Shown in pieces: positions 18,100 to 27,660 of a stretch of DNA of 64,000 bases (its first letter is position 1; each line of letters starts with the position of its first letter). The notes beneath the pieces were generated by a model that ran no database searches, had not been told where the DNA came from, and worked only from the letters and a program-made list of their open reading frames with translations. Source of the DNA: Candidatus Stramentimicrobium fermentans (GTDB lineage: Bacteria; Atribacterota; Phoenicimicrobiia; Phoenicimicrobiales; Stramentimicrobiaceae); assembly GCA_012520575.1 (NCBI GenBank), contig JAAYOB010000023.1:21572-85571 (forward strand). The letters run 5' to 3'. Position numbers and translations under genes: made by a program.

Positions 18100-19191
18100 A
18101 TGAAGATTCCTGGCATCAAAATCATTGACCGCTATATTCTGTCTCAGGTGATGAATACTTTCCTGGGAATAGTGGCGCTTTTGACTATCCTGCTAATCGT
18201 AGAGACTATGTTTGAACTTACCGAGATACTGATTAATAAAAAAGCCCCTATTATGAGTGTCATTGAATTGTTGCTCTATCGCCTACCTGCTTTTTTGGCT
18301 GTCACCTTCCCGGTAGCCCTGTTAGGTTCCAGTGAACTGGCCATTGCTCAAATGTCTACCAATAATGAGATTGCCGCTATGCGCACCGGCGGTATCAGTT
18401 TTCGCAGAATTATGAAACCTTTTTTGATTGCCGGCATTTTAGTCAGTATCTTATCATTTGTAACAAATGACTACATTGTACCTGAAACTAACCATATTTC
18501 CCAGAATATCATCCGGGAAATTGTACTGAAAAAGGGACCGCCCCATATTAAGCGCAATGTCTTTTTCCGCGATGCCGAAAACCGCTATTTTTATATTAAT
18601 AGACTGGATGAAGAAAATATGATAATGCGTGAGATTATGATTTATGAGATGACCAGAGAGCGTTATCCCAGAGTAATTACCGCAGCTGAAGGACGCTGGG
18701 TGGTGGATACCTGGGAATTAAAGAATGGAACGGTGTATAATTATAATGAAGACGGCAAAATTACCTATGAGATGGCGTTTCAGGAAATGAAAATAGAAGT
18801 GAAGGATGAACTGCAGGATTTCTTTAAGAATCAGCGTTCCCCGCAGGAGATGAGCACCAAGGAACTGCGGCAGCAGATACAGATACTGAAAGATGCGGGG
18901 GTGGACACCACCAATTTTGAAGTAGATTACCATGTCAAATATTCTTTCCCCTTATCAGGATTTATTTTTGCACTTATCGGCGTTCCGCTGGGAATGCAGA
19001 TGAAAAGGAGTACCAAAGCAACAGGTCTGATTATCAGTATTATTCTGGTTTTCCTCTATTATGTATTTTACTCTCTATGCCGTGCCATAGGCCGAGGCGG
19101 CATAATTGACCCATTCAGCGCATCCTGGATACCTAATATAGTATTTTTAGCGCTGGGATTATTCCTGGTGCTCCGTGTAGAAAAAGCATAA
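18100..19191 (+). CDS. lptF: LptF/LptG (YjgP/YjgQ) family permease
   Basis: IIDRYIL, NNEIAAMRTGGIS..RIMKP, periplasmic jellyroll, K.SFPLS..FALIGVPLG, SASWIPN; F versus G cannot be told apart by eye. Confidence 0.9.
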   Translation: MKIPGIKIIDRYILSQVMNTFLGIVALLTILLIVETMFELTEILINKKAPIMSVIELLLYRLPAFLAVTFPVALLGSSELAIAQMSTNNEIAAMRTGGISFRRIMKPFLIAGILVSILSFVTNDYIVPETNHISQNIIREIVLKKGPPHIKRNVFFRDAENRYFYINRLDEENMIMREIMIYEMTRERYPRVITAAEGRWVVDTWELKNGTVYNYNEDGKITYEMAFQEMKIEVKDELQDFFKNQRSPQEMSTKELRQQIQILKDAGVDTTNFEVDYHVKYSFPLSGFIFALIGVPLGMQMKRSTKATGLIISIILVFLYYVFYSLCRAIGRGGIIDPFSASWIPNIVFLALGLFLVLRVEKA

Positions 19192-19202
19192 TATTGCCAT
19201 GC

Positions 19203-19222
19203 TGCCGTAGAGACGGTTCTTT
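19203..19222 (+). repeat. Dispersed 20-bp repeat, copy 1 (TGCCRTAGRGACGGTTCTTT); also hairpin plus T-tract
   Basis: 18/20 identical to the reverse complement of 39456..39475; both copies lie just after stop codons. Confidence 0.55.
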
Positions 19223-19283
19223 CTTTTGGTACATATTAATAGATATTGGAGAAATGACGGAGAAGGCAGAATATAACAGATTT

Positions 19284-22106
19284 ATGTTAAAGAAAAAAAT
19301 AGAACAACTACCGCCTAAATACAAGAAAAGCAGTTATAAATATAAGTCTTGCCTCAATTTTTTCATAATAGGTTTTCTCACTTTTTTAGTTACCCTTCTT
19401 TCCCTTTCTGCCATTCCTGCCCATGCTCAAACAGACCTCTTATTTGATGAACAGATAAAAGCTTTTGCCATTACCCGATTCCGGCAAGGATTCACCGAAC
19501 ATGAAGTCCGTTTGCTCTGGGCTTCTTTTGAATTAGAGACAGCTGATGAGTACAAAGTATTTAAAAGTACCAACCGGATGGACTTTGTAGAAGTAAGGGC
19601 AGACTATGAAGATGAAGGATTTCAATTTTGGTGGATTGATGAGGATATTCTGGACCGAAACATCTACAGTTACTATGTAGAAGGATACAGCTCCAACGAG
19701 TTGGTGGGCAGAACTCAACAGGTGGAGGTCGATTTCTGGCTACCCTCCTGCACCGCCCTCTATCCGGTTAATAATGAAATTATAGAGGAAGAAGAGCCGG
19801 AATTTAAATGGCAGCCTATTGCCATAACCTCTTTTCCTTTTAAAGATGTAATCTTTTCAGCCGACGGAGAATTTATAGTACACGATTTGACAGAGGATAA
19901 GGAGATCTGGCGAGTTGCCATTGATGATATAAATAGCGAAGCTATTATGTTTAATAAAGAAGAAGCTAAGGCGGTTTTAGAAAAAAAGCACCGGTATCAA
20001 TGGCAATTAAAGATTATCGGTTATGGCTCAGATAACAGAGCTATTGCGGAATCTATTACCGGCGGGCTGTTTGGATTTCAGGAAGCCGCTGAAGGGGTTG
20101 TGCCTGAGGATGAAGGGGAAGAATATGTAGAAGGAAAATTAAGCATCGATGCCGGCTGGATCAGCTATCAAACAATTGAGGGGGAAGATGTAATTGTCGC
20201 TCAGGATAATGTAAAGCTCAATTACGAAGATATTAGTCTTACTGCAAATTATCTGCAGATTACTCTCGATAAAAATGAATTAATCGCTAAAGATGAGGTA
20301 ACTTTCATTGTCGAAGAAGAAAGCTACACCTGCCAGAGTTTAAACTATAACTGGAAGAACGATAAGATTATTATGGAAGGTTTTGCCGGGGAAACAGGCG
20401 GTGAAAATGTCAGAGGATTGGTCTATTACAAGGGCGGAAAATTAGAAAATTTTCCGGATACTGTTGAGATTAACAGCGGATTTTTCACTACCTGTGATTT
20501 AGAAGAACCTCATTGGCATATTGAGGCAGAACAGATTACTATCTACATTGATGATAAGATTGTGGCTAAAAAGGTTTCCTGGTATGAAGGAGACCGAAAG
20601 ATGTTTACCTTGCCCTCTTTTCTAATCTTTCTGAGAGGTAAAAATCAGCTGCCTTATATTCCGGATATCGGACAGAGCAGCAGTGAAGGGTGGTTTTTTA
20701 AGAATCAGATTAACTATGTAGAGGATGAATCATCTTATGGCAGTATTTACGTGGACTTAATGCAAAAAAAGGGTATCGGGGCAGGCATTGAACATACCTT
20801 TGAGTTGGGTGAAAAAAAGGTAGATGACGGTGAGTTAATCCTCTATTTCTATGGCTTAAAAAGAAAAGGGACTTCAATTTATGACCTCGATGCCAATGTT
20901 AATTACTGGCAGAATTTTGAAAATGATTTAAGATTGAAGGCAAATTTGGACTATACAGGTACTATTAATGCCGGCTCACTGGCGAGTTCCGACCATACTT
21001 TAAAACCTGATTTTTACCTTTACAAAAAATGGGAAGATTCGCTCTTAACTCTTGCCGGAAAATATAATTTTAATGTCAAAAAGGATAATATAGCCGGCAA
21101 GGGGAATATTAAGATGGTCTATGACCATACAATTACCGATGATTTAAAGTCCAACCTGACCCTGCTCTATTCTTCACAAGATGCCACAGACCAGCCCATA
21201 GACCACTTGCTCCGTCCGGAATGGCAATTGACATATAACGGTGAGGGTTATACCCTACGGCTAATCACTGAAAAACTATTCGATTTAAGTGTAGGAACAA
21301 GACCTGCCGGAACACCTGCACCGGGTACTCTGGATAGAATACCGGAATTGGTCTTTAACAAAAGCAGCGCTAAGTTATGGAATACGGGCATTAACTATAG
21401 TATAAATGCCTCAGTGGGACGATTTTACGAGAGCGCTACGGATCAGGAAAATGTGCGGGGAGAATATATTATCAATGTGAACAGACCATTCAAAATCAAT
21501 GACAATATAAGCTTGAATGCCTCCGGACTTTACCGACAAGATTTTTATTTAACAGGTGAAGCGCGCTACATGCTGGGCGGTAAGTTAGACTTGAAGATCG
21601 GCTACCAACCAAAATTTTATGGCAATTTTTCTTATAGTTATTATATGTCTGAGGGACCAACTCCTTTTAATTTTGATACCTTAAGTCCTTTGAGTGAATC
21701 GGCCAGTGCTAGCATAACATTAAAACCCGGAAATGATTTGCAGATTAATCTTTCTACCAATTATAACTTTGTCTCTGAATCTTTTGGCAGCTTAGGCGCC
21801 AAATTGCAATGGAATCCAAAGGATGAGCATAGTGTGAGTTTAAGCACCTATTATGACTTAAATAAAATGAAGTGGAGTGACCGAATAGATACCAAAATAA
21901 CTTTAAAGTTAAGCGATGAATGGAAGGTGAATTACAGCGGCTCGCTCTATTTTAACAAATTTGATATCAAGAACAGCGTAATTAGTGTGGTAAGAGACCT
22001 GCATTGCCGGGAAGTCAGTATCAATTACCGACAATCGAGCAAATCCATCTGGGTTGATTTCAGCATTAAAGCATTCCCCACCGAATCCATCACCATCGGC
22101 GGCTAA
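19284..22106 (+). CDS. lptD: LptD-like outer-membrane assembly protein with extra N-terminal beta-sandwich region
   Basis: Signal ..IPAHA; OstA-like jellyroll; GFFTTCDLEEPHWHIEAEQI; barrel with C-terminal RDLHCRE..IKAFP; follows lptF/G; start uncertain (19194/19254/19284). Confidence 0.78.
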   Translation: MLKKKIEQLPPKYKKSSYKYKSCLNFFIIGFLTFLVTLLSLSAIPAHAQTDLLFDEQIKAFAITRFRQGFTEHEVRLLWASFELETADEYKVFKSTNRMDFVEVRADYEDEGFQFWWIDEDILDRNIYSYYVEGYSSNELVGRTQQVEVDFWLPSCTALYPVNNEIIEEEEPEFKWQPIAITSFPFKDVIFSADGEFIVHDLTEDKEIWRVAIDDINSEAIMFNKEEAKAVLEKKHRYQWQLKIIGYGSDNRAIAESITGGLFGFQEAAEGVVPEDEGEEYVEGKLSIDAGWISYQTIEGEDVIVAQDNVKLNYEDISLTANYLQITLDKNELIAKDEVTFIVEEESYTCQSLNYNWKNDKIIMEGFAGETGGENVRGLVYYKGGKLENFPDTVEINSGFFTTCDLEEPHWHIEAEQITIYIDDKIVAKKVSWYEGDRKMFTLPSFLIFLRGKNQLPYIPDIGQSSSEGWFFKNQINYVEDESSYGSIYVDLMQKKGIGAGIEHTFELGEKKVDDGELILYFYGLKRKGTSIYDLDANVNYWQNFENDLRLKANLDYTGTINAGSLASSDHTLKPDFYLYKKWEDSLLTLAGKYNFNVKKDNIAGKGNIKMVYDHTITDDLKSNLTLLYSSQDATDQPIDHLLRPEWQLTYNGEGYTLRLITEKLFDLSVGTRPAGTPAPGTLDRIPELVFNKSSAKLWNTGINYSINASVGRFYESATDQENVRGEYIINVNRPFKINDNISLNASGLYRQDFYLTGEARYMLGGKLDLKIGYQPKFYGNFSYSYYMSEGPTPFNFDTLSPLSESASASITLKPGNDLQINLSTNYNFVSESFGSLGAKLQWNPKDEHSVSLSTYYDLNKMKWSDRIDTKITLKLSDEWKVNYSGSLYFNKFDIKNSVISVVRDLHCREVSINYRQSSKSIWVDFSIKAFPTESITIGG

Positions 22107-22149
22107 GTTTAGTTTTGCTATTCTTTATTCTATTAATCTTTCTGTTCTA

Positions 22150-22791
22150 TTAGGATTTTGTGTAGAGATTTACGGTAACCTTGTTTATGGCAAAGTCAGG
22201 TCCCCCAATTGAACTTCCGGAACCTTGCCCTATTCTGCTATAGCTTTCCAAACCGGTATCACCAATTGTTAAATCGGCGGGATTATCGACAGAATCATAG
22301 GTTTTATCATTGTTATCAGTAGTAATAACATTCATATAAATTTTTTTGGGGTCGCCTAAGGATTTTAAATCGAGATTTATTTGAAAATATCCTTCAAATC
22401 TATTGCCAACACTGGTATACTGGCAGAATTTACCCCATTCTCCCATACAGAATCCAAACTTATCCAATCTGATATAATGATAGCCTTTTTCCCATTCCTC
22501 TATATCCCGAGATGGTGGTTGCGTGGCATCCTCTCCGATGTCCAAAACAATGTAATATTTCCCCAGCTCGGTGTTAATTTTCCCGGTTTCATTTATATCC
22601 ACTCTGATAAGCAAGAGTTTTTGTTTTTCACCGTCCCCTCCTCCGTCATCATCATCGGGCCAGCGGGCACAACCGCTAATCAGGAGTGCCGTTATCAGAA
22701 ATAATATCAGCATTAAATCTTTTAAAAACATTGTTTTTTTAAATGTTTTAACTGCTTTTTTATTCTTATTATTTATATGGTTAAAGAGCAT
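22150..22791 (-). CDS. Hypothetical lipoprotein, at the end of the lptC-lptA unit
   Basis: Lipobox ISGC at residue 41, followed by ARWPDDDDGGGDGE. Confidence 0.7.
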   Translation of the reverse strand: MLFNHINNKNKKAVKTFKKTMFLKDLMLILFLITALLISGCARWPDDDDGGGDGEKQKLLLIRVDINETGKINTELGKYYIVLDIGEDATQPPSRDIEEWEKGYHYIRLDKFGFCMGEWGKFCQYTSVGNRFEGYFQINLDLKSLGDPKKIYMNVITTDNNDKTYDSVDNPADLTIGDTGLESYSRIGQGSGSSIGGPDFAINKVTVNLYTKS

Positions 22792-22811
22792 TTTCTATAT
22801 ATCTCCCTGTT

Positions 22812-23537
22812 TTAATCCAAAATCATAGTACTTCTGACACCGCCGGTTACATCCAGCTTATCATCTCCGATATGAAAGACGGCTTTTTCACCGGATATTT
22901 TTCGGTCATTAGCGAGCTCTTCGATCTTAACCCCACCGGTCAGAGAAATCATATCCTCTGCATCATCGTAAATGGCTTCCAGTGCAGTAATAGTGTAATC
23001 TTTTTTTGTGATGAGCACCTCCCCGGTAGCAGTCATATTTTTTGTTCCGGTAAAAATCTCCAATTTCCGGCATTTCCAGGTTATATTGTCCGGCTCTCCC
23101 TTGCTATCCTCTCTTTCCTGCACTAATTCCACCTGGTTTTCAAAGATATATTTTTTGTCGTTTAAGAATGCCTCCAGCTTCTCACCGGTAATGGTGATAT
23201 CCTCTTTGACCAGCTTTACATTTCCCGATATCTGCCCGATTTTAGTACCGACATTGAAGGACGCTAAATCTGCAGTAAGGGTAGCATCTTCCTGAATGAT
23301 TACCACATTACCGCTAAAAACCATCGAATCGTTTTCTTTATCATAGCTAACCTGATCAGAGGTTAATTCTACGATTGATTCGCCTTTTTCTTCTTTTTCC
23401 CGAGACACTTCCGGTTCGGCTATCCCGGTATCTTTCCCTTTATCAACCTCTGCCTGCTCCTGAGCAAAGAGCAACATAGTGGTTAAGCTTATCAAGAAAA
23501 TAATCATAAAACCTAACAAAACCTTTTTCGTTTTCAT
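22812..23537 (-). CDS. lptA: LptA/OstA family periplasmic protein (extended jellyroll)
   Basis: Signal peptide; repeated jellyroll units FSGNVVIIQ, ISGNVKLVK, ATGEVLITK, LTGGVKIEE; downstream of lptC. Confidence 0.82.
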   Translation of the reverse strand: MKTKKVLLGFMIIFLISLTTMLLFAQEQAEVDKGKDTGIAEPEVSREKEEKGESIVELTSDQVSYDKENDSMVFSGNVVIIQEDATLTADLASFNVGTKIGQISGNVKLVKEDITITGEKLEAFLNDKKYIFENQVELVQEREDSKGEPDNITWKCRKLEIFTGTKNMTATGEVLITKKDYTITALEAIYDDAEDMISLTGGVKIEELANDRKISGEKAVFHIGDDKLDVTGGVRSTMILD

Positions 23538-23585
23538 ATTATTCCTGTTCCTTTCTTTTGTTCTATTGGGTTCAGGTCTCAATAA

Positions 23586-24167
23586 TCAGAGTTTCATGGT
23601 AACTCTGGCACCATCGAATAATTCTAATCGGGTCATCTCTTTGTTAGCAGAAAAGCCGCCGGCTATTATATGGTTATCATCAACCTGTAATTCTACTTGT
23701 TCACTGCTGGACAATCTTTCATCATCAGAATGCCAGAAAACCCTTTCGCCCTTCAGATAATCACCATTTTCTTTAGTTATGACCACGCCGCCGCTTAATT
23801 CCATATCTTTGGTGTACATATTAGCGATACATTTCTGAGCTGAAATGGTCAGGCTTGGTTCTTCTTCTTTAAAAATTATCATCTCTCTAATATTTTCAAA
23901 TAGTGTATTTTCCCGGTCTTGGGCAATAGAGATACTATCCGCTTCGATCATCCACTCTTTCTTTTCATCTTTAATACCCAGAACTTGCCCCTGGTCAATA
24001 CGTACCGGCGGTTCATGAATTATAATATCATCCACCACCTGTTCCATAGCCTCCTCAGGAGAAAGTTTATTATCATCATCCGGTAGTTTGTAGTAATAAT
24101 GGTATATCAGATATCCGCTAATGATAAAAACGATTAATATTAAAAAATATATTTTTTTATTGTCCAT
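23586..24167 (-). CDS. lptC: LptC-like bridge protein
   Basis: Single N-terminal TM; KEWMIEADS, MELSGGVVI, LKGERVFW jellyroll pattern. Confidence 0.82.
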   Translation of the reverse strand: MDNKKIYFLILIVFIISGYLIYHYYYKLPDDDNKLSPEEAMEQVVDDIIIHEPPVRIDQGQVLGIKDEKKEWMIEADSISIAQDRENTLFENIREMIIFKEEEPSLTISAQKCIANMYTKDMELSGGVVITKENGDYLKGERVFWHSDDERLSSSEQVELQVDDNHIIAGGFSANKEMTRLELFDGARVTMKL

Positions 24168-24226
24168 TATATTCGGGACTCCGTATTACGCTATCTATTA
24201 TACAATACACAATGGTTATGGAAACC

Positions 24227-24278
24227 GGGTCTTGTCATTGGACATTGATTTTGTAATATCAAATGCCAAGCCCGACCC
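24227..24278. repeat. Imperfect REP-like inverted repeat
   Basis: GGGTCTTGTCATT ... AATGCCAAGCCCGACCC hairpin in a long intergenic gap. Confidence 0.35.
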
Positions 24279-25070
24279 TTATATTTAGCCATATCTGGTA
24301 CAATTTGATCTCAAAATATATTGTAACATAAAGCGGGTAAAAAGAGCGCAAAAAATTATCGGTTTTGTTTGGTTTAAGGTTGCGGCAGAAATAATGAGAA
24401 ACAGAAAGAAATTTCGTCGGAAATTTGTAATGAAGGAAGGTAGTTAAAGTTAAAGTGCGAGAGAAGGGATTGAATAGTCAACCAATCAGACAATTTATGG
24501 TACAAAAGGCAGTGTTTCAATTGTATATTTCCTATAAATTATTATATAATTATAGGGATACTCAAAATGAATTCAGTAGAATGCTAAGAAAGGTAAAAAA
24601 ACCGGATATCATCACTTTGAAGCTTTTACGCCTCTTTCATAGGGCGATATGGAGAAAAATGGCAAACTATTACCGGTGGCTATAACGGAGGAAATATCTG
24701 TACTTGCTCATATTGCTTAAGGTGTTATATGTCTTTGCAAATTAGCAAAAAAATTTTGTTCACTGTTTAGACAAAAATGATAATTTAATATAAGATAAGG
24801 GTACTTTAGTAATAAAAATGTAATTTGTCACAATATTAACTTCCCTATCGTTTATTTAAAATCTTAGGAGGTGAATAAAACTAAGAACAAAAAGAGAGAT
24901 TAATAAATTTCTTGTTCTTTTTTTGTTGACTTCTCAAGATTTAAGATAGGAAGAGATTTATTAAATGGTATTATTAAGTGTCCCTCTTTTTTTTAAGATT
25001 TAAAAGAATCTGCAATTATTGTGATTATATAAAATAGTGTTATATTTTAAGATTAAGGAAATTAGTTGTT

Positions 25071-26054
25071 ATGTTAAAAATGCTAAGACTTTTTTTTGAG
25101 AAAACGATAAAATACAAATTTATCCTTTTCTATCTTTTCTTTTTGACACTGCCTTTGCTGTTCACTTCCTGTGTGCCATACCCTACTCCTCCGAATACTA
25201 TATCAACTTACCGTGCGTTATCCATCGGAATCGGAGACTACATTAATTATGGTCCGGACGGAGATTTATTGTCCCCGCCTTACGATGTTAATAAGATGAG
25301 CAGGATGTATTGGGATTGCTGTTTCAGCCCCACTTGTATTACTTTTCACAAAATTGATAAATTGACCGACCGACAGGCAACTAAGGCAAGCATATTCAAT
25401 AAAATCCAGAGTACTTTTTCCGGAGCAAAGGAAAATGATGTATCGTATTTCTATTTCAGTGGACATGGTACCCTGTATAACCGAACCTCCTATCTCTGCC
25501 CGGCTGATTTCAACGGAAATATCTCTACCGCTATCAGTGTCAATGAATTGGAATCTGCTTTAAGCGCTATTCCGGGAACTAAAGTGGTATTTATTAATTC
25601 CTGCCATTCCGGTGGATTTATCGGCAAGAGCTTAACAGGCAGAGGTAATAGAAATAATGAGACATATTTTATTTCGGAAGAAGAATATTTATCTAATTTT
25701 AACGAAAATATTTTAAGCACATTTTCCTTTAGTGAGGGGTTCATAGCTAAAGATTTGCTTACTTCCAGTAAATATCAGGTGCTCACTTCCAGCCATTGGT
25801 ACCAATCAAGTTATGAGGTACACCCACTTTATGGCGACCCCCCCTATAGTGTTTTTACACAAGCTTTATATATGGGATGCAGTTTACCCTATAATACTCC
25901 AGCTGATATGAATCAAAATGCCCAAATTACATTACAGGAAGCCTACCAGTTTATTACCCAATGGACTGCTTTTTTTGGATTCCACCAGAATGTCCAGGTT
26001 TATCCAATCAATTCCCCATTTATTATATTTGAATATTATTTCTCTTTTTGGTAA
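25071..26054 (+). CDS. Caspase-family (peptidase C14) lipoprotein
   Basis: Lipobox FTSC; RALSIGIGDY, YFYFSGHG (catalytic His), VVFINSCHSGG (catalytic Cys), ADMNQNAQITLQE. Confidence 0.88.
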   Translation: MLKMLRLFFEKTIKYKFILFYLFFLTLPLLFTSCVPYPTPPNTISTYRALSIGIGDYINYGPDGDLLSPPYDVNKMSRMYWDCCFSPTCITFHKIDKLTDRQATKASIFNKIQSTFSGAKENDVSYFYFSGHGTLYNRTSYLCPADFNGNISTAISVNELESALSAIPGTKVVFINSCHSGGFIGKSLTGRGNRNNETYFISEEEYLSNFNENILSTFSFSEGFIAKDLLTSSKYQVLTSSHWYQSSYEVHPLYGDPPYSVFTQALYMGCSLPYNTPADMNQNAQITLQEAYQFITQWTAFFGFHQNVQVYPINSPFIIFEYYFSFW

Positions 26055-26234
26055 TTTTAAAGCATGACTAGCTAATTTGTTAATTGATTGATTAAATATA
26101 GAATTGGGAGATAAATAGTCTTAGCTTAGTGTTTCAATTGTATATTTACAATAATTAAGATATAATTGAGATTGAACATGCTCTTGAAATAAATTTGTGG
26201 AATTATTTTAAAAAAAGAAGGAGGCAAGATAACG

Positions 26235-26603
26235 ATGAAAAGAATGCCGCTGGTAAAGCTATTTTTGATTGTTGCTGTACTAACAATAATGGGATTGAGT
26301 TTATCAGGGTGTTTATGGATTGTTATTGATGATGGTACGACTACAACGGGAACTGTTAAAATAGTGATCAATAATGATTATAAAGCGTATGAAGTATATA
26401 TGGATGGTGCTTTTTTAGGTGAAATTCCAGAGGCTCCAACAAGTTGGGGATATACCAATGAAAAGACCTTTTACGACATACCGACTGGAACTCATAGTTT
26501 CTCTGTTAAAAGTATAGATCTTGTCTATGAAGGGTCGAAAACTAAAACAATTGTTCCCGGACTGAATACTGTTGAAATATATGTCAAATACATCCATAAA
26601 TAG
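26235..26603 (+). CDS. Small lipoprotein with a PEGA-like domain
   Basis: AAGGAGG RBS; lipobox LSGC; GTVKI..AYEVYMDG..IPTGTHSFSV. Confidence 0.72.
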   Translation: MKRMPLVKLFLIVAVLTIMGLSLSGCLWIVIDDGTTTTGTVKIVINNDYKAYEVYMDGAFLGEIPEAPTSWGYTNEKTFYDIPTGTHSFSVKSIDLVYEGSKTKTIVPGLNTVEIYVKYIHK

Positions 26604-26647
26604 TATTTTTATTATATAATTTATCTTATTAAAAACAATTCAAATAT

Positions 26648-26711
26648 AACGAAGAGACCTCAGTTCTCGTTAAATGATGATGACACTACTGAGGTCTCTT
26701 CGTTTTTTTTT
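26648..26711 (+). terminator. Rho-independent terminator between convergent genes
   Basis: 17-bp arms AACGAAGAGACCTCAGT / ACTGAGGTCTCTTCGTT followed by a T run. Confidence 0.8.
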
Positions 26712-26727
26712 ACTTAATTATAGCGTT

Positions 26728-27660
26728 TTATTGGGCGAGGGACATGATTTTGGCGTCTTCAGCTACCTCAAGATAAAGCCTAGTCCCTTCTTTCAATATT
26801 ACATTTTTCCCCGGAACTAAAGCACCGACAGCCAAACCGATTGGATTGCTTAATATAATCAATCCCGCAATGCCGGCACCTACCGCAACCCCTAAACGGG
26901 TCTTCTCATCTTCTGTCAGCTCTGCCATATCTAATTTGATATGAGAACCGCCTAATGTTTCAATGGATTTAAAGTCAAGTTCCAGCTGACCTCTTTTCAA
27001 TAAAACCGAAGCCTTCTTGGCCTTGATTACCTCGCCTTGGGCAGTAGTGCCCTTGGGGATAATTACTGAACCGGCATATACTATATCCTCAGCAACCTGA
27101 TAGGTAAATGTATCACCGCCTTTATTCTTTTTGGAGCTGATTTTATCTAATAAGGTTACCGGGATTAAAGTACCGGCAGGGATATTTATTTCCTTGCTAG
27201 CAGGCCTTCCTTCGGGAAAACAGACATTGAATATTTTTTCAGCCCTCATAGCTAATACCTCTTCTGACAGCTCCCCAAATATTGTTAATTCTAAGTCTTC
27301 TATTTTAGGTAATAGGGGATCTTCGGTAATCCTGTCTTGCAAAACCCGTTGAGTGGAATTTATTTTAAAGGACAAAGAAGGCTCTTCGGGAGTACCGGTA
27401 ATGACGAAATCTTTCAACTGCTTTACTCTGTCTGTAATTATTCCCGGAAGAGTTCTACCTACCAGATCTTTTTCCAGTAATTCCACTCTGTTAAGGAGTG
27501 AATCGTCCCGGGGTTCACCATAGATTAGTATCTCGATCTGTGTCAGGTCTTCTATAATCGGGATTTCTGCTGTTGCCTGTGCCAAAGCAATCTGGGGCAG
27601 AATAATGGAAAAAATAAAAACAATGGCAAAAAATATTGATATTCTTTTTTTAGTAAACAT
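26728..27660 (-). CDS. Secreted conserved hypothetical protein (duplicated helical N-terminal unit, VirB10/TrbI-like beta domain)
   Basis: Signal ..IALA; IPAGTLIPVTL..ISSK..GD.F..IIPKGT..GEV; Gly-rich hydrophobic hairpin near the C-terminus. Confidence 0.65.
   Translation of the reverse strand: MFTKKRISIFFAIVFIFSIILPQIALAQATAEIPIIEDLTQIEILIYGEPRDDSLLNRVELLEKDLVGRTLPGIITDRVKQLKDFVITGTPEEPSLSFKINSTQRVLQDRITEDPLLPKIEDLELTIFGELSEEVLAMRAEKIFNVCFPEGRPASKEINIPAGTLIPVTLLDKISSKKNKGGDTFTYQVAEDIVYAGSVIIPKGTTAQGEVIKAKKASVLLKRGQLELDFKSIETLGGSHIKLDMAELTEDEKTRLGVAVGAGIAGLIILSNPIGLAVGALVPGKNVILKEGTRLYLEVAEDAKIMSLAQ

Noticed and set aside
24455-24735. 76-aa ORF and an attC-like TATAAC..GTTATA pair
   Set aside because: The ORF has no recognisable features; L boxes pair poorly; no integrase or other cassettes
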